Of a stretch of DNA of 63,877 bases, positions 52,544 through 63,877 are shown piece by piece. Source of the DNA: Gracilinanus agilis. Its lineage: Eukaryota. Position 1 is the first letter of the stretch; every line of letters starts with the position of its first letter. Under the pieces are notes generated by a model. It made no database searches, was not told the DNA's origin, and saw only the letters and a list, made by a program, of their open reading frames with translations. A program made the translations under genes and the position numbers. Location: assembly GCF_016433145.1 (NCBI RefSeq), contig NC_058132.1, positions 529,888,903 to 529,952,779 of the forward strand, in the 5' to 3' direction.

Positions 52544-53630
52544 TGTTAACCTGGGAAAAAACACAGAACTACTAAAATAGTTTGAAAAAAACAAGTCTTT
52601 ATTCAGGAAAGAGATAGGTCCAGGAATCCAGCAGAGCCAAGTGCTACAAACTACACAGAATTAACACCCTGGGGACATATCCCTGGGAGAAAGGGAGAAT
52701 GCACCACGCAAGATGATTCTCCAAAGAACAATAGAACTTGGAGAACTTATGTACTGTCAGCTTGCAATCTGAAGACCCCAAGTTTGCCCCTGCCCTTTTA
52801 GAACTCGAGTACCAGCCACACTTGTTTGGGACTGGACTATAGACCTTAAAGTGTTTGGGGACCCTAGTTTGGGTGGGAGTAGTGGATGTGGTCGAATGTA
52901 GAGTACTTTTATGTGTTTTAGAAATTTCTCCCTTTGTGTAAGAGTCCTCTCCTATGGATGAGCTCTTGGTTTGGTCTTTTCCTTTGTATTCCTCAGAGCT
53001 GATCGCTCCCTGATATCCCAGCTGCTGGCTGCAACCTCTTTGCAGCCTGCCTGCAGCTTGTCTATGCATGCTTCCATGGCCTCAGTTCCCCAAAAGGTAT
53101 ATAAGTTCCCCAAATTCTTTTGTTCCTCGGAGACATCATCTAGCACGGTGATCCTCCCAGGGATACGTTGCCAGCATCCCAGGGTGTAGGCCCTGTGAAG
53201 TTTCTGGTGCTGGGCTCTGTGTAGCATTCGAATATTGGACCCATCCCTCTCCTGATTAAAGACTTGGTTTTTCTGCCTACTTAAGTAGTTCTGTGTTTTT
53301 TCCAAGCTAACAGTACCATCTGGGGAACTAAGAACAGGGAAGTATGATTGACTGGCATTATCATGGCTACAAGGAAATGAGAAGTTCAAGACAGGATTAT
53401 CAGGAAGAGGCTGATGCTTTACTATGGATGTGAAAGGGAAGGGTCCAGTGAAGGGCTGGGCTGCCTGGGAGTCCTCTCCGATTCCAAGGGAGAAACTACT
53501 AGGACAAAAGAATACTTAACATTTGATTTAGGTCTATTGTTCAGTCTGAAATGAGCAAGCCTGAGACTTCCCTGGGGTGAGTTCTCAGGGGACAGGGGCA
53601 GACTTGGGGTCTCCAGATTTCAAACTGAGT
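52544..53630 (-). mobile_element. Solo LTR (host), split by a related LTR
   Basis: The - strand ends ...cctgAATAAAgacttg...ccaggttaaCA at 52544. Its 5' part (53317-53630) is homologous to the start of the inserted LTR. Confidence 0.75.
52755..53312 (+). mobile_element. Complete solo ERV LTR (558 bp) with 4-bp GTAC TSD
   Basis: TG...CA termini, ggTATATAAg box at about 53097, attaaa signal at about 53256, and gtac at 52751-52754 and 53313-53316. Confidence 0.85.
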
Positions 53631-54759
53631 TGACTTGGTTAGCCTGGGCTGCTGTTTTCATTGCCTAGCTCTGTGTTTCTGAAAAGGGCAGCGCAGATTC
53701 TAAGCTCCTTGCACTCCTTCCCTAACCAGCAGTCTGCCTTTCTCATTTGAAAGGGAGATCAAAAAGAAATTTGGTGGTTGTGATTGAGGTAACACCAACA
53801 GTACTAGCTAGCTCCCACTACCAAGCTGGAACAGGAAGCCAATTCCTCCTAAGGAAGTGGGTAAAGGATTAAGGGATTTAGGATCCACCACAGAGTAATC
53901 AGAGTTGGCCAACTGGAGATGTTGACCTACATCTCCAGGAGGAGTGTAGAGCTGGCAGAGTGTCCTGTGCTGTACTGTGTCTACCCAAAGAGTAAACACA
54001 GTCAATGTTTCTGGCTGATTCCTGATGGTCTCAACTTCCTGCATTATTAATGTAAGGAAGATCCAAGTCACTCAAAGGTGAGGGAGAGGGATTTAACAGG
54101 TATGAAAGTTTAAGAATGTCTGAGAACGAATTTTTTAAAAATTAGGGCAAAGTCATCTTTCTCATCTCATAAAAATGAACGGTCATAAGTGTGTACACTA
54201 CTAAAGATTATTATCATCCTTCACACACAATTGAGAAGCATTAAAGTTGGAATTCCTGTAAAAGAACAGAAGACAGGATCAATTCCTCAAATAGTACCAG
54301 TCAGGGATGCTGCTGGGAAAGAGAAAGGGAGGGGAAAGGCAAGGGAACAAAAATTTATTAAGCACCTACTATGTGCCAGGTACTGTGCTTCCCAAAAAAA
54401 GCACTTCCCAAATTTTATCTCATTTGACTCTCACAACTCTGGAAAGTAGGGCAATTATTATCTTCATTGTACAATTGAGGAAATTAAAGCAGATAGAGTT
54501 TAAATAACTGGCGTGGGGTTACCCTATTCAGGGTTTGAATCTAAATTTGAACTCGGGTCTTCCTGACTCCAAGCCCTTCGCTCTACTTTATATAGCACCT
54601 GGCTACCTCTCTGAATGGGAAGAATAGTCCCTATATAAAGGATGTGGGTGAATGAAATATCTAGGCTTAGCTAATAAAATATTCTCAATCCCGATAACCA
54701 AGCTAGTGGCAGCACATACAGGATGGGCAGTATAAGGTATTTGAAACATGCCATTTAAC

Positions 54760-54935
54760 TGCTTGCCAGCTGTGTGACCCTGGGCAAGTCGCTTAACCCT
54801 CTTTGCTTCAATTTCCTCATCTTTAAAATGAGCCAGACAGGAAAATGGCAAACTACTCCAGTATCTTTGCCCAGAAAATCACAAATGGGGTTACAAAGAA
54901 TTGGATGTGACTGAAAACAACCGAACAGCAACAAT
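54760..54935 (+). mobile_element. MAR1 CORE-SINE
   Basis: gctgtgtgaccctgggcaagtc core, gcaaactactccagtatctttgccc tail, caacaa end. Confidence 0.85.
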
Positions 54936-57009
54936 GAAATATAATAAAAGACAAAGTGAAGCAACTTTCTGTTGTATTAAATTGAATCACAAAGGATGAC
55001 ACAAATTAACTAAAATATACCGGCTTGGTAGGCTGATAAAGAACTATCTTCAGAAGCTGGAAGACCAAGGTTCAAGTCCCCACCCTACCAGGTGTTATGT
55101 GACCCTGAGCATGACCCTTCATCTCCTAGTGCTCCAGGCAATTTTTTAAGACTTAAGAAGCAGAATGACTTCTAAAGCATGGGTGGAGAGAATTTCTCCA
55201 CTAAAAATTACCTGTCAGTGAAATCATGGGCCTGGATTAAAGATACCAATGTGTTTATGATTGGCCTAGATAACAGGGAAGGTATTTTGCCACTCTAAAA
55301 CTTTGATTGGATTTGCTAAATGTAAATTTTCTTCCAAGTTATCAACCTTGGAGTGAATTTCAAACACAAACATCATTCCCTATTTCCTATTTTGGATTCC
55401 AATGAAGAAACCCAGTATTACAAATGGATAAGCCTTTAATTGGGTTAGTTCACTACTGATTTTCCTTGTCTTAAAAAGTGTCAGACATGAATTTCTTTAT
55501 CCCTCTGACCATTTATCAGTCCCATTTGTCTGTGCCCAAATGAACAAAAGCTTTTGTCTTTGGTATTTTTTTTTCAGAGACCTCTGCTTTTTTTCTGAAG
55601 GATATAAATCACAGACTTGCTTACCAGGGACCTCTACTCACAATTATTTGCCTATAGTATCTTGCAAAAGCTGATTTTGTTATTGATTAGAAAAAAAATC
55701 ACATTCTGGCAACAACTCATCTTTCCAGATGTATGCCAAAGGCAAATCTCTTAAAAGAATGATTTGGAAACTCAACCTGTCTAGGATGGGACAAATCCAC
55801 ATTCCATAACCAAGCAGAAAACACCTTAGGATTTTTCTCTATTTTAGATTGCCCACACAAATGTTTTTATTCAATTAATTTAGGTAACTAAAAGTTGTTT
55901 CTGCAAATGAAACACAAGTCATGCTACCAAAATATAAAATTGACAAATTGTTAAAATATACATAATATGTATGTGTGTGTGTTTTCCTATAGAGAAAGAA
56001 AAACAAAAGAACACCACTGGAGTTGAATTGAAAATGAATTTTGAATTTCAAAAAGAATTTGCTTGGAGAAGAAATCTTAAAAACTACAGCTTGATGCCTC
56101 AGTGAGCTAGATTGCCTTTTAGAGCCCTACACCTTGTCCTATGGAAAATCCAAGCATTCCATGGCTATGGGTTTTTTGCTAATAACTGGGATCATCACAT
56201 CTACCCCATCCCGAATCTTGTATCTTTAACCCAGCTCCCCTATTTCAATCCTGTGACTAACCGGAAGGAATAGATTCATAAAAGGTAGTGTTTTATCCTA
56301 CTATTTGTACATTCCTGGCACCAAACGCCCCTCCCTCCCAAGGGGAGTTCACCTAGGCTGGACCTTTCACCACCATAGAAATGGAACAATAGCCAAGGAG
56401 TCTTATGTTCTTTACAAAGTAAATATTACCACCTTTTCCCCAAATACACAAGGATGAGCTTAAAGTAAATGTCTGTGCACAAATCTAAGATCAAATGGGA
56501 ATGAAAGGTGATAGCAAAGCATCCATCAGGACTGAGAACAAACCAGTACAATGTGGTTTTCTGCTGCTTATTCAGGATACAGATTTCCTCAATTCCCAAG
56601 GCCTTCATTACTGGATCCATTTGAAAAGATGTGTACACTGTCAGTGATTCATCACAATAATAAACTCTGGTTATAGGATGTTTCCTAAGTCCCTAAGGCT
56701 ATATGTCTGCATAAAATAAAACAACATGAATATTTGTTACTTATCTCTTAATCTGACCAATATAGGTACCAGCCACAGAGAATTGGTGATGGAAAGAGCC
56801 CTGGCTCTGGAGTCAACAGACACAAGTTCAAATCTTGTCCCTGACACTAGCTATGTGACCTTAGGCAAGTCCCTGAGTTTCGGTAGGACTTTGTTTCCTC
56901 ATCTATTAAATAGACCAGGTTGGACTAGATGACCTCCAAGATCCCTTCTAGCCTTAGATCTTTGATCCTTTTAAATGTCTTTTGTTGTTTTTGTTGGTTA
57001 GGCATTTTT

Positions 57010-57227
57010 AATAGTATCCAACTCTCGGTGACCTCTTTAGGGGTTTTCTTGGCAAAGATACTGGAGTGATTTGCCATTTCTTTCTCCAGTTCATTTTAAA
57101 GATGAGTAAACTGAGGCAAACAGGGTTCAGTGCCTTGCCCAAGGTCCCATAGCTAGGCTGAGGGACTTCCTCAGATCTTTCTGTCTCCAATCCTTGTTCT
57201 TTATCCACTGTGCCACCTAGCTGTCCC
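57010..57227 (-). mobile_element. MAR1 CORE-SINE
   Basis: ggggttttcttggcaaagatactggagtgatttgcc..cacctagctgtccc. Confidence 0.85.
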
Positions 57228-57928
57228 ATTAAATGTCTTAAGTCTTTTCAAATGAACCATAGACAAAAAAAAGTTTAGTTCCATAAAATCACGTAGAAAG
57301 GCCAAATAGCATAGTGGATAGAGAGCTAGCCATGGAGTCAGGAAGTTCTAGGTTCATGTACCATCTCTGACATCTATGGTATGGACTGTGTGACCCTGGG
57401 TAAATCACTTCATCTTCAGTGCTCTGGTCTACTTAGATTTTAAAATGCAAAGAAAGTAGTTAACTTATATTGGAAAAGAGAGTTCTTCATTTGGGAGTTC
57501 CCTATACCAGTGAAACTAAAGGTCCAGGCCCCATTCCCTTTTCATAAAAATGTGTCCATTTAAAATTAAATTTTAGCATTTAACAGCTTGTATAGTGGTT
57601 AAAGAGCATTCATTTTTTTCATATTCATATTTAAACAAAATTAAATTGGTCATATGTAGGCAAGCATTTACAAAGGCCTCTATAACTCACAGTATAAAGA
57701 AATTAAATCTTGAATCAGTATTACATGAGCTGCACCAAGATTTTGACATATTTCCATTATTAATGTTGGAGAGCCTATGTTACATACAAATACTAAAAGC
57801 ATACCTAAGCCAACACTTTATATCCAATTGCTGTTCAGTTCAGTATCCAACTCTTTGTGATTCGCATTTGGGGTTTTCACTCAGCTAGTAAGCATCTAAG
57901 GCTGGATTTAATCTCAGGAAGATAAGGT

Positions 57929-57960
57929 TGTGTGTGTATGTGTGTGTGTGTGTGTGTGTA
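57929..57960. repeat. Imperfect (TG)n microsatellite
   Basis: tgtgtgtgtatgtgtgtgtgtg... Confidence 0.9.
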
Positions 57961-59338
57961 TGAAATGTTGAATTATTTATTTTGATAGCCTGTTGGCAAT
58001 AAATGAAATCTCAATGAAAAGGTGCTTGAACTTTGCAGATGAGTGGAAGAAGCTAGTGAATGGCTCATTACTAGGAATTCAGTGGAGCGGTTTACTAATT
58101 GGTGGTGTTCTTCTGGGCGTATTTGGGAGTGGGGTAGATGGAAGGAATAATAGCTTCTTTGCTCCTTCTCTATCCCCTCCAAGGTTCCCCTCAATATCAA
58201 AATGGATCCAAATTTTAAATGGATAAAATGGAGGGAATCAAATCATAATGAACATTTAACAGTCTGAGTCAGTATGAACTGGCTCTCTCAAACTTCTGAT
58301 GGTAAGTCAAATATAGTTAATGATGAAAGTCTAATACTTCCCTTCCCAAATTTATATATTGTAAGCTCATTTCAAAGATAAATATGTTGTTTTGAAATAA
58401 TCTTTTATTTCTGACTATTCATTCTTTTGCTCTCACCCATGAAGGTATGTAATTGAGAATTGACTTTATCTTGATTCTCAGTGTGATGCAATGATTTGAG
58501 TCATGCTAGTCATGAATAAGAGAAGTAATATGTTTAAATGATGGATCTAAAATAAGGATAAATCTTATAATTCATTGAGGGTAGTACCTGAAGTTGGGCA
58601 CTCAGAGCCTTTAGATCAGGGTCTTAGTAAATAAAATGAGTTGTTCTAGACTTAAGACTTTATCTTTATAATAAGAGAAATAAACCAAATGATCTCTTTA
58701 ATTCCTTCTAACTTTGTCACCATTAACACTTCCCAACCAGCTGCCAACAATTGGTAGGAAAGCCAAAGAGTCCCAGAAGAGGTGACAGCCCACCAGCACC
58801 ACTCAACCCCACCTCAATAACCATCATGTAGAAAAGCAACTCTAGTGGAGAAAGGACCCACCATTCTCACCAAATGGCATCCAGATCTCTCAAACAACTT
58901 TTGGGCAAGCAAGCTGAAACAGCAAGGTGCCCTGAGGGAGATTGACATGGTATGTCAAGATGCAATGCAGATAGCTCAGAATCTTGGGAATAACATTTGC
59001 CCTGGATCACTGAAATATGCTTCTAGACTGACCCTTGTAGCCTTAATTAAGGGGAGCAACTGCTGTGGACTGGTGCCCTACCTTCCCTGCCACCATTGAC
59101 ACCAACTGCTGACCAAGTGTCTCTGAGGAACAGGTAAACTCAAGACTCCTGATAGCAGCACACACCCTGATCCAGAACACCAGTTCTGTTTCCAGGTGAC
59201 TCCCTAATTCCCCCAGCCATAATCTCAGGAAACAAGCATGATGGAAATGAAACCCAGCAATTGCTTCTTTGGATGCTGAACCCACAGTGACTGAAGACAC
59301 ACAGAAGATAATTCTTGCCACCAATAGTCCTTGGCCTT

Positions 59339-62154
59339 TGTGAAAAAAGAATTGAACTCTTAGTTTATTTTCAATGTAATCAATCATCCACCTTTAATTT
59401 AATCAAATCAAGAACTTAAAGTATTCATACTTAGGACTTAGCTAACCATTAAGTAAGAGAGCTCCCAGTCACTTACTAGTTCACACCCCCAAAGGCCACA
59501 AGCACTACCCTCTCTTGGGCAGTATTAGGCAAATTGGGAGACTGCAATTGGTTCCTGTGAAGAGAGAGACAGGAAGTGATGTGGAAAAGGGGGGATAAAA
59601 GGCTATAATAGTTAAATTGGTGTTTTGACTAAATAAGGGAGTTATAAAAAAGTGGTCGTTGATTATTATCTCTTAAGTCAGGAAAACCGTTAGCAGCTTT
59701 TAACAATTTTGTTTAATTGGAATATTAGTAAAAAGAAGGAAATGTGGAAGGGAAAGAGATGAGGAGACTGCCTAGTCTACCCTAAATGTTGATCCAGTGA
59801 AATGAAGCTAGCTCCTCGACAGTTTCCGTCTCTATGTGGGAATCCTAGTCACTCACCAGCAAGCCAGGCAGGATCCAGGTAAGGTCCCAATGCAGAAAAA
59901 CCCTTGTGAGCTAAGCTCACCAAGGCATTAGTGAACCCAACAAGAAAGTCCCCAACTCCAAAAGGCTCCAAAGCCAAACGTCAAAGTCCCAAAGCCAAAA
60001 ACTCCAGTCAAAAGGCCCAAAACTCCAAGTTGAAGTCAAAGTCCACAAGTCCCAAGAAGCCATCCTCCAAAGAAGAAGTCCAAAGGAGAAGATACCAAGG
60101 AGCAGAGACTCCAAAGAAAAACTCCCAAGGAGAAGCCTCCAGGAGAAGTCTCTTAGACAGGAAGTTCAGGACTTTTTATAGTCCTTTTTCCACTTTACTT
60201 CTTGTCCCTTCCCCACTTTACAGGAACCAATCATTCAATTTGCCTAGCACTCCCTGTTGGGGGGGGGAATATGGGGGGAGGCAGCAGCCTCTGGAGTTGT
60301 CACCCACTCTAGCAAGTGACTTGTGAACTCTACTTAGTGACTGGTAGGTACTAAGTAGGGGTACTTAAGTTTTATATTGATTAACTTAAAAGTCAGCTGA
60401 CAGACAAAAAGAGCTTGATTCACTCTTCACAATCCCCCCTATGATTCTTTGGGAGACTAGTTTCCCCAATGAATCATTTAACATAACCAGCTTATACCTT
60501 TAAAGATCTTCTAGCTTAAGATGCACACAATATCATACTTTCTAAGAGGAAATTACAATAGTTGGAGATAAGAGGAAAATAAAAGAGAAAGAGCAAAACA
60601 AATGTTTGCCAGGTGCATTACAAAAAAGCCAATTAGGGGGCAGTCCTCTATAAGAATGACATTAGAAAATAAGTATTGTTTTATTAGTTTAAATAAGAAG
60701 TAGAGAAGCTGGCTTGAGGAAGAATTGGAGTTTCAAATAGAGCTGAGAGAGAGTGTTAATTTCAACTGTTGGCAGTTGTAACTGTTATTTTACGACAGTT
60801 ACATGCTCTTGGATTGGCATTCTTGCAGTTGGCCTCTGGCAGTTGACAGAGCCACATACAAGGACTTTTCTCCCTCAGGGCTAGAGAAGGTAACATCTTT
60901 GCCTCTCTCTATCACTGTCTGAATGAAAGACTTGAAGGAGTAGAGTGTTTTCTTTTTCCAACTTGGGAAACACTGTTCATTTATCTGTTACTGTGTATAG
61001 ATTGGTTAAACTCTGATAAGACCAAAGAAAATCTGGGCTTTGGTTTGGACTCTGAGTCTGTTAAGGCTCAGAGTCCTAACCTGATTCTTGTTGAGTCTCA
61101 ACCAGCTAACCTTGGCTATCCTTATAACTTAAAGGCGAAGTTAAGAATTATAGTGATAGTTTTAGTTAGGATAGTATAAAATTTTGTTAGATCAGGGAAG
61201 ATTAGCATAGCCTATGGAGAAGCCCAGGAGAAGCAGTTCCTTGCAGAATCTGGGAGTTTATTTGGGTGGAGTTAGAATCCCTTAGAATTAGAACTCTTTT
61301 TACCCTTATGTATTTTTTAAATAAAATTTTTAATTTTCTATACAAGAGTCTCTTTAGCATTCCTTGCAGCTGACCCTGAAGGGAAGTTCATCTTTGAGCT
61401 CTACTTCACTTTACCACTGAAGATTCTTTTGATAACATCTATCAAAAGTATCAGAATCAATTTTGAACCTTTATTTTCCTCCTATCTGGCTCACATATTT
61501 TTTTTTCACACACCTTTGGCATAAGAGTTTACATTCAGAATAAATGTGTTCAATCCCCTTCAGTTCAATCAATCATATCCCAAAGTTCATTCTGGATCTT
61601 CTGATGCAGTGTAGGTTTCTTTATGTCACTTTCTTCAAACAGTTCACTTTCTTGATTCAAGGAATTAGTGAGCTTCTTTTCCTGAATTTTTTCTCAAAAA
61701 AATTTAAGTCTTGGATTTTATGAATATTATACAAAGTCAAGCCCAAGGACTGATTCATTTATTCTACATTGGTGAGCCAGGCTAAAGGGAGATTCTTGGA
61801 GGATGGAGCATTCTACACTGGAGAGGCTTGCTGGGTGAGTGACTCAGGCTGAAGGAAGAGGCTTGCATTGCTGGACTTCTGACTGACAACTACCATGACT
61901 TCCACATGGAGATGGGGACTTGAGGGAGCCCTTGCCAGGGGCCGAACCAGACTTCACCGGATCAGCACTTAGGCTGGTAGGCCAGACAATTCTCTTCTTC
62001 CTTTCTACATTTTCCACTTTAATATCACTATCTTGTTATAAATAAAAGCTACTGACAGTTTTTTCTGACTTAAGGGTTAATATTTTATAAATGATGACCA
62101 CAATCTTACTTTTATAACTCTCACACTTAGTCAAATCTAATTTTAAATCTTACA
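59339..62154. mobile_element. Nested ERV/LTR cluster (outer + LTR, inner - element with PPT and LTR, innermost + LTR)
   Basis: Outer LTR halves at 59339-about 59603 and about 61769-62154 (ends cttaca). The inner - strand LTR (60431 down to about 59604) is preceded by a polypurine tract aggggggat. The innermost LTR at 60651-61437 is flanked by tcta/tcta. Confidence 0.7.
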
Positions 62155-62829
62155 CTGTCAAATGATTCAATTTCAGAAACAGACTTTGTAACTTGAAATG
62201 ATATAAAAGAAGAGACATTACTATTTACTTTGCTACTGTACCCTAAAGAACACTGGTTCTTTCTGTGTGACAGCTGAAACCATGTTGTATACATACATAT
62301 CATGTATATTTGTTGTCTCCTCTCATAAAATGTAACTTCCTTAAATGAAGGAATTGTCATACTTTACTATTTGTGTTTTAGCACAATGCTTTGCAGATTT
62401 AGTGCTTAATAAGGACTCTTTCATTGATTCAAACTCAAAAATTCTATGACTATATTTTAGAGAATCATTTCTTCCATTAATATAACATATCTCCCTATTC
62501 CTTTAGTTCCACCACCTCTTTATGTTCTCTTCTCCAAGATGATACTGTTGAATCATAGAGTCCTCTGAAGACATCAACTCAACCCATGCCTGTACAATAA
62601 TCTCCCTAAAATTTTCCTAGGTGGCAATCTAGTCTTTGCTTAAAGAGATGAAGTCCCTAACGTTCCCCTGAGAAAGCAGTCCTGAATTCCTAAGTGATCC
62701 TGTTTTACTCTGGGAAGGAAAGGCTTTCCTTACATTAAGTCCAAAATTACTTCTCTACAATTTCAACTCTTTGCTCTCTGAGACCAAGCAGAACAAATTC
62801 ATTTGCACCCCCACAGATATTGATAATTT

Positions 62830-63120
62830 TCAGTTGTTTCAGATGAGTCTAACTCTTCATGACCCCATTTGGGGTTTTCTTGGCAAAGATATTAGAGTGG
62901 TTTGCCATTCTCTTCTCTAGTTTATTTATAAAATGATATAATTTGATAATATATAATGTAATATAACATAATGATATAAGGTGAATAAACTGAAACAGGG
63001 TTTAGTGACTCATCCTGGTCATATATCTATTAAGTGTCTGAGGTAGGATTTGAACTCACTAAAATGAGTCTTCCTCATCCCAAGGCCAGTATTCTATTTA
63101 CTGTGCCACCTAGCTGCCCC
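62830..63120 (-). mobile_element. MAR1 CORE-SINE with AT-rich insertion
   Basis: gaccccatttggggttttcttggc..gccacctagctgcccc. Confidence 0.8.
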
Positions 63121-63169
63121 CCATACTCCACTGCAAATACTTGATGACAGTCTTATACCCTGCTCCTCC

Positions 63170-63725
63170 TTTGCTTCTTCAGTTCCTTCAACCAATTCAT
63201 ATATGAAATGGTCTTGAATCCCTTCACTATTCAGATTGTTCTGCTATAGAATACATTGTAGCTTATAAATATGCAAAGCAGAATTGAGCAACTGACGAAT
63301 TTACATTTATCCCCATCAATTTTTACATTTTATTTCTTTCCATATTCTAGTCCAGTGATGGGCAAACTACAGCCCACAGGCCAGATGTGGCTCCCTGAAA
63401 TGTTCTATACGGCAGTATGACATTATTCCTAATCTGATGAATACAATGAGTAGGATACAATACAATGAAACTTTGAAAGAGTTGGCTTAGAAACAGACTG
63501 ACAGATGAGCATTTCCTTTCCTTTGGCCCCCTCTTTAAAAAGTTTGCCCATCACTGTTCTAGTCTATCAAGATCTTTTGAGATCCTACCATTAAACATAC
63601 TAACTAGCCCTCCCAATATTATGTTTTCTGAATAATTTATAATGATGCTGTCTATACATTTATCTAAGGCACTGATGAAAATATTAAGTAACAAAGGTGC
63701 AGAAATAGATCCTGAAGGTACTAAA
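63170..63725 (-). mobile_element. L3/CR1 reverse transcriptase remnant
   Basis: Translation VPSGSISAPLLLNIFISALDKCIDSIII..LGGL..SKDLDRLE resembles CR1 RT GVPQGSVLGP.LFNIFINDLD..KFADDTKLGG..DLDRLE. Confidence 0.8.
63353..63556. mobile_element. Intact 204-bp hAT/Charlie-type MITE
   Basis: Perfect 16-bp TIRs cagtgatgggcaaact/agtttgcccatcactg and perfect 8-bp TSD ttctagtc (63345-63352, 63557-63564). Confidence 0.93.
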
Positions 63726-63729
63726 AGAA

Positions 63730-63877
63730 GTAAAATACTCCAAAATATCAAATACCAGCAAAGCCTCAAATCAAATACAGTTTGATCATAAATTCAATCA
63801 GAACTTCTAAAAGAGATGAAGCAAGAGTCACAAAAAGAATTTTTAAAAATATTTTATCAGTGAAATGGGAAAGCTAG
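63730..63877 (+). mobile_element. Probable L1 ORF1-region fragment (runs off the window)
   Basis: A-rich sequence resembling the marsupial L1 ORF1 start region. Confidence 0.45.

Noticed and set aside
52644-53389. Longest ORFs in the track (141 and 145 aa, - strand)
   Set aside because: They lie within the nested LTR pair and have no recognisable protein similarity.
56426-56638. 70-aa - strand ORF that looks protein-like
   Set aside because: No recognisable homology, a non-ATG start and no splice support. Treated as chance.
57993-58226. Hydrophobic LLIGGVLLGVFG segment suggestive of a claudin TM exon
   Set aside because: It is on the wrong strand for CLDN10 and does not match the expected upstream exon (GLCSMTGCSLYANKITTEFFDP-like). 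That exon was not found and probably lies beyond the window.
59931-60326. Lys/Ser/Pro-rich 131-aa ORF resembling a histone H1 tail
   Set aside because: It is the antisense reading of low-complexity repeats inside an LTR, with no globular domain, no splice context and a non-ATG start.
72-63120. tRNA-like A/B boxes and recurrent similar sequences that could suggest tRNA genes or a CRISPR-like array
   Set aside because: All are heads and cores of dispersed CORE-SINEs. There are no complete cloverleafs with proper ends and no regularly spaced repeat-spacer array.

Overview
AT-rich, intron-dominated marsupial genomic DNA. It is most likely Monodelphis domestica, inferred from near-consensus SINE1_Mdo-type SINEs plus MAR1, MIR, L2, L3/CR1, RTE and marsupial L1 remnants. 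The + strand carries the last 10 coding exons of DZIP1 (1314-40089). All have AG/GT boundaries, their phases join into one open frame, and the frame ends in ...VTVTDWSDSSDI*. The - strand carries the last two coding exons of CLDN10 (47110-47003 and 44678-44555, ending in the PDZ-binding ...KNAYV*), so the two genes are tail-to-tail with stop codons about 4.5 kb apart. Everything from 47111 to the window end appears to be one CLDN10 intron. Almost none of the listed six-frame ORFs are real genes: most are repeat-derived or chance, and a few are open frames overlapping true DZIP1 exons. I found no CRISPR array, rRNA or tRNA gene, and no evidence for a wholly new biological system. The most interesting items are a solo LTR inserted antisense into the TATA region of a related LTR (forming a long inverted repeat), a three-tier ERV/LTR nest, a pristine hAT MITE with a perfect 8-bp TSD, apparent splice-acceptor shifts in DZIP1, the convergent 3' ends, and a few unexplained GC/CpG-richer blocks. 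Gene and repeat names come from recalled sequences, not from database searches. Repeat boundaries without a TSD are approximate.
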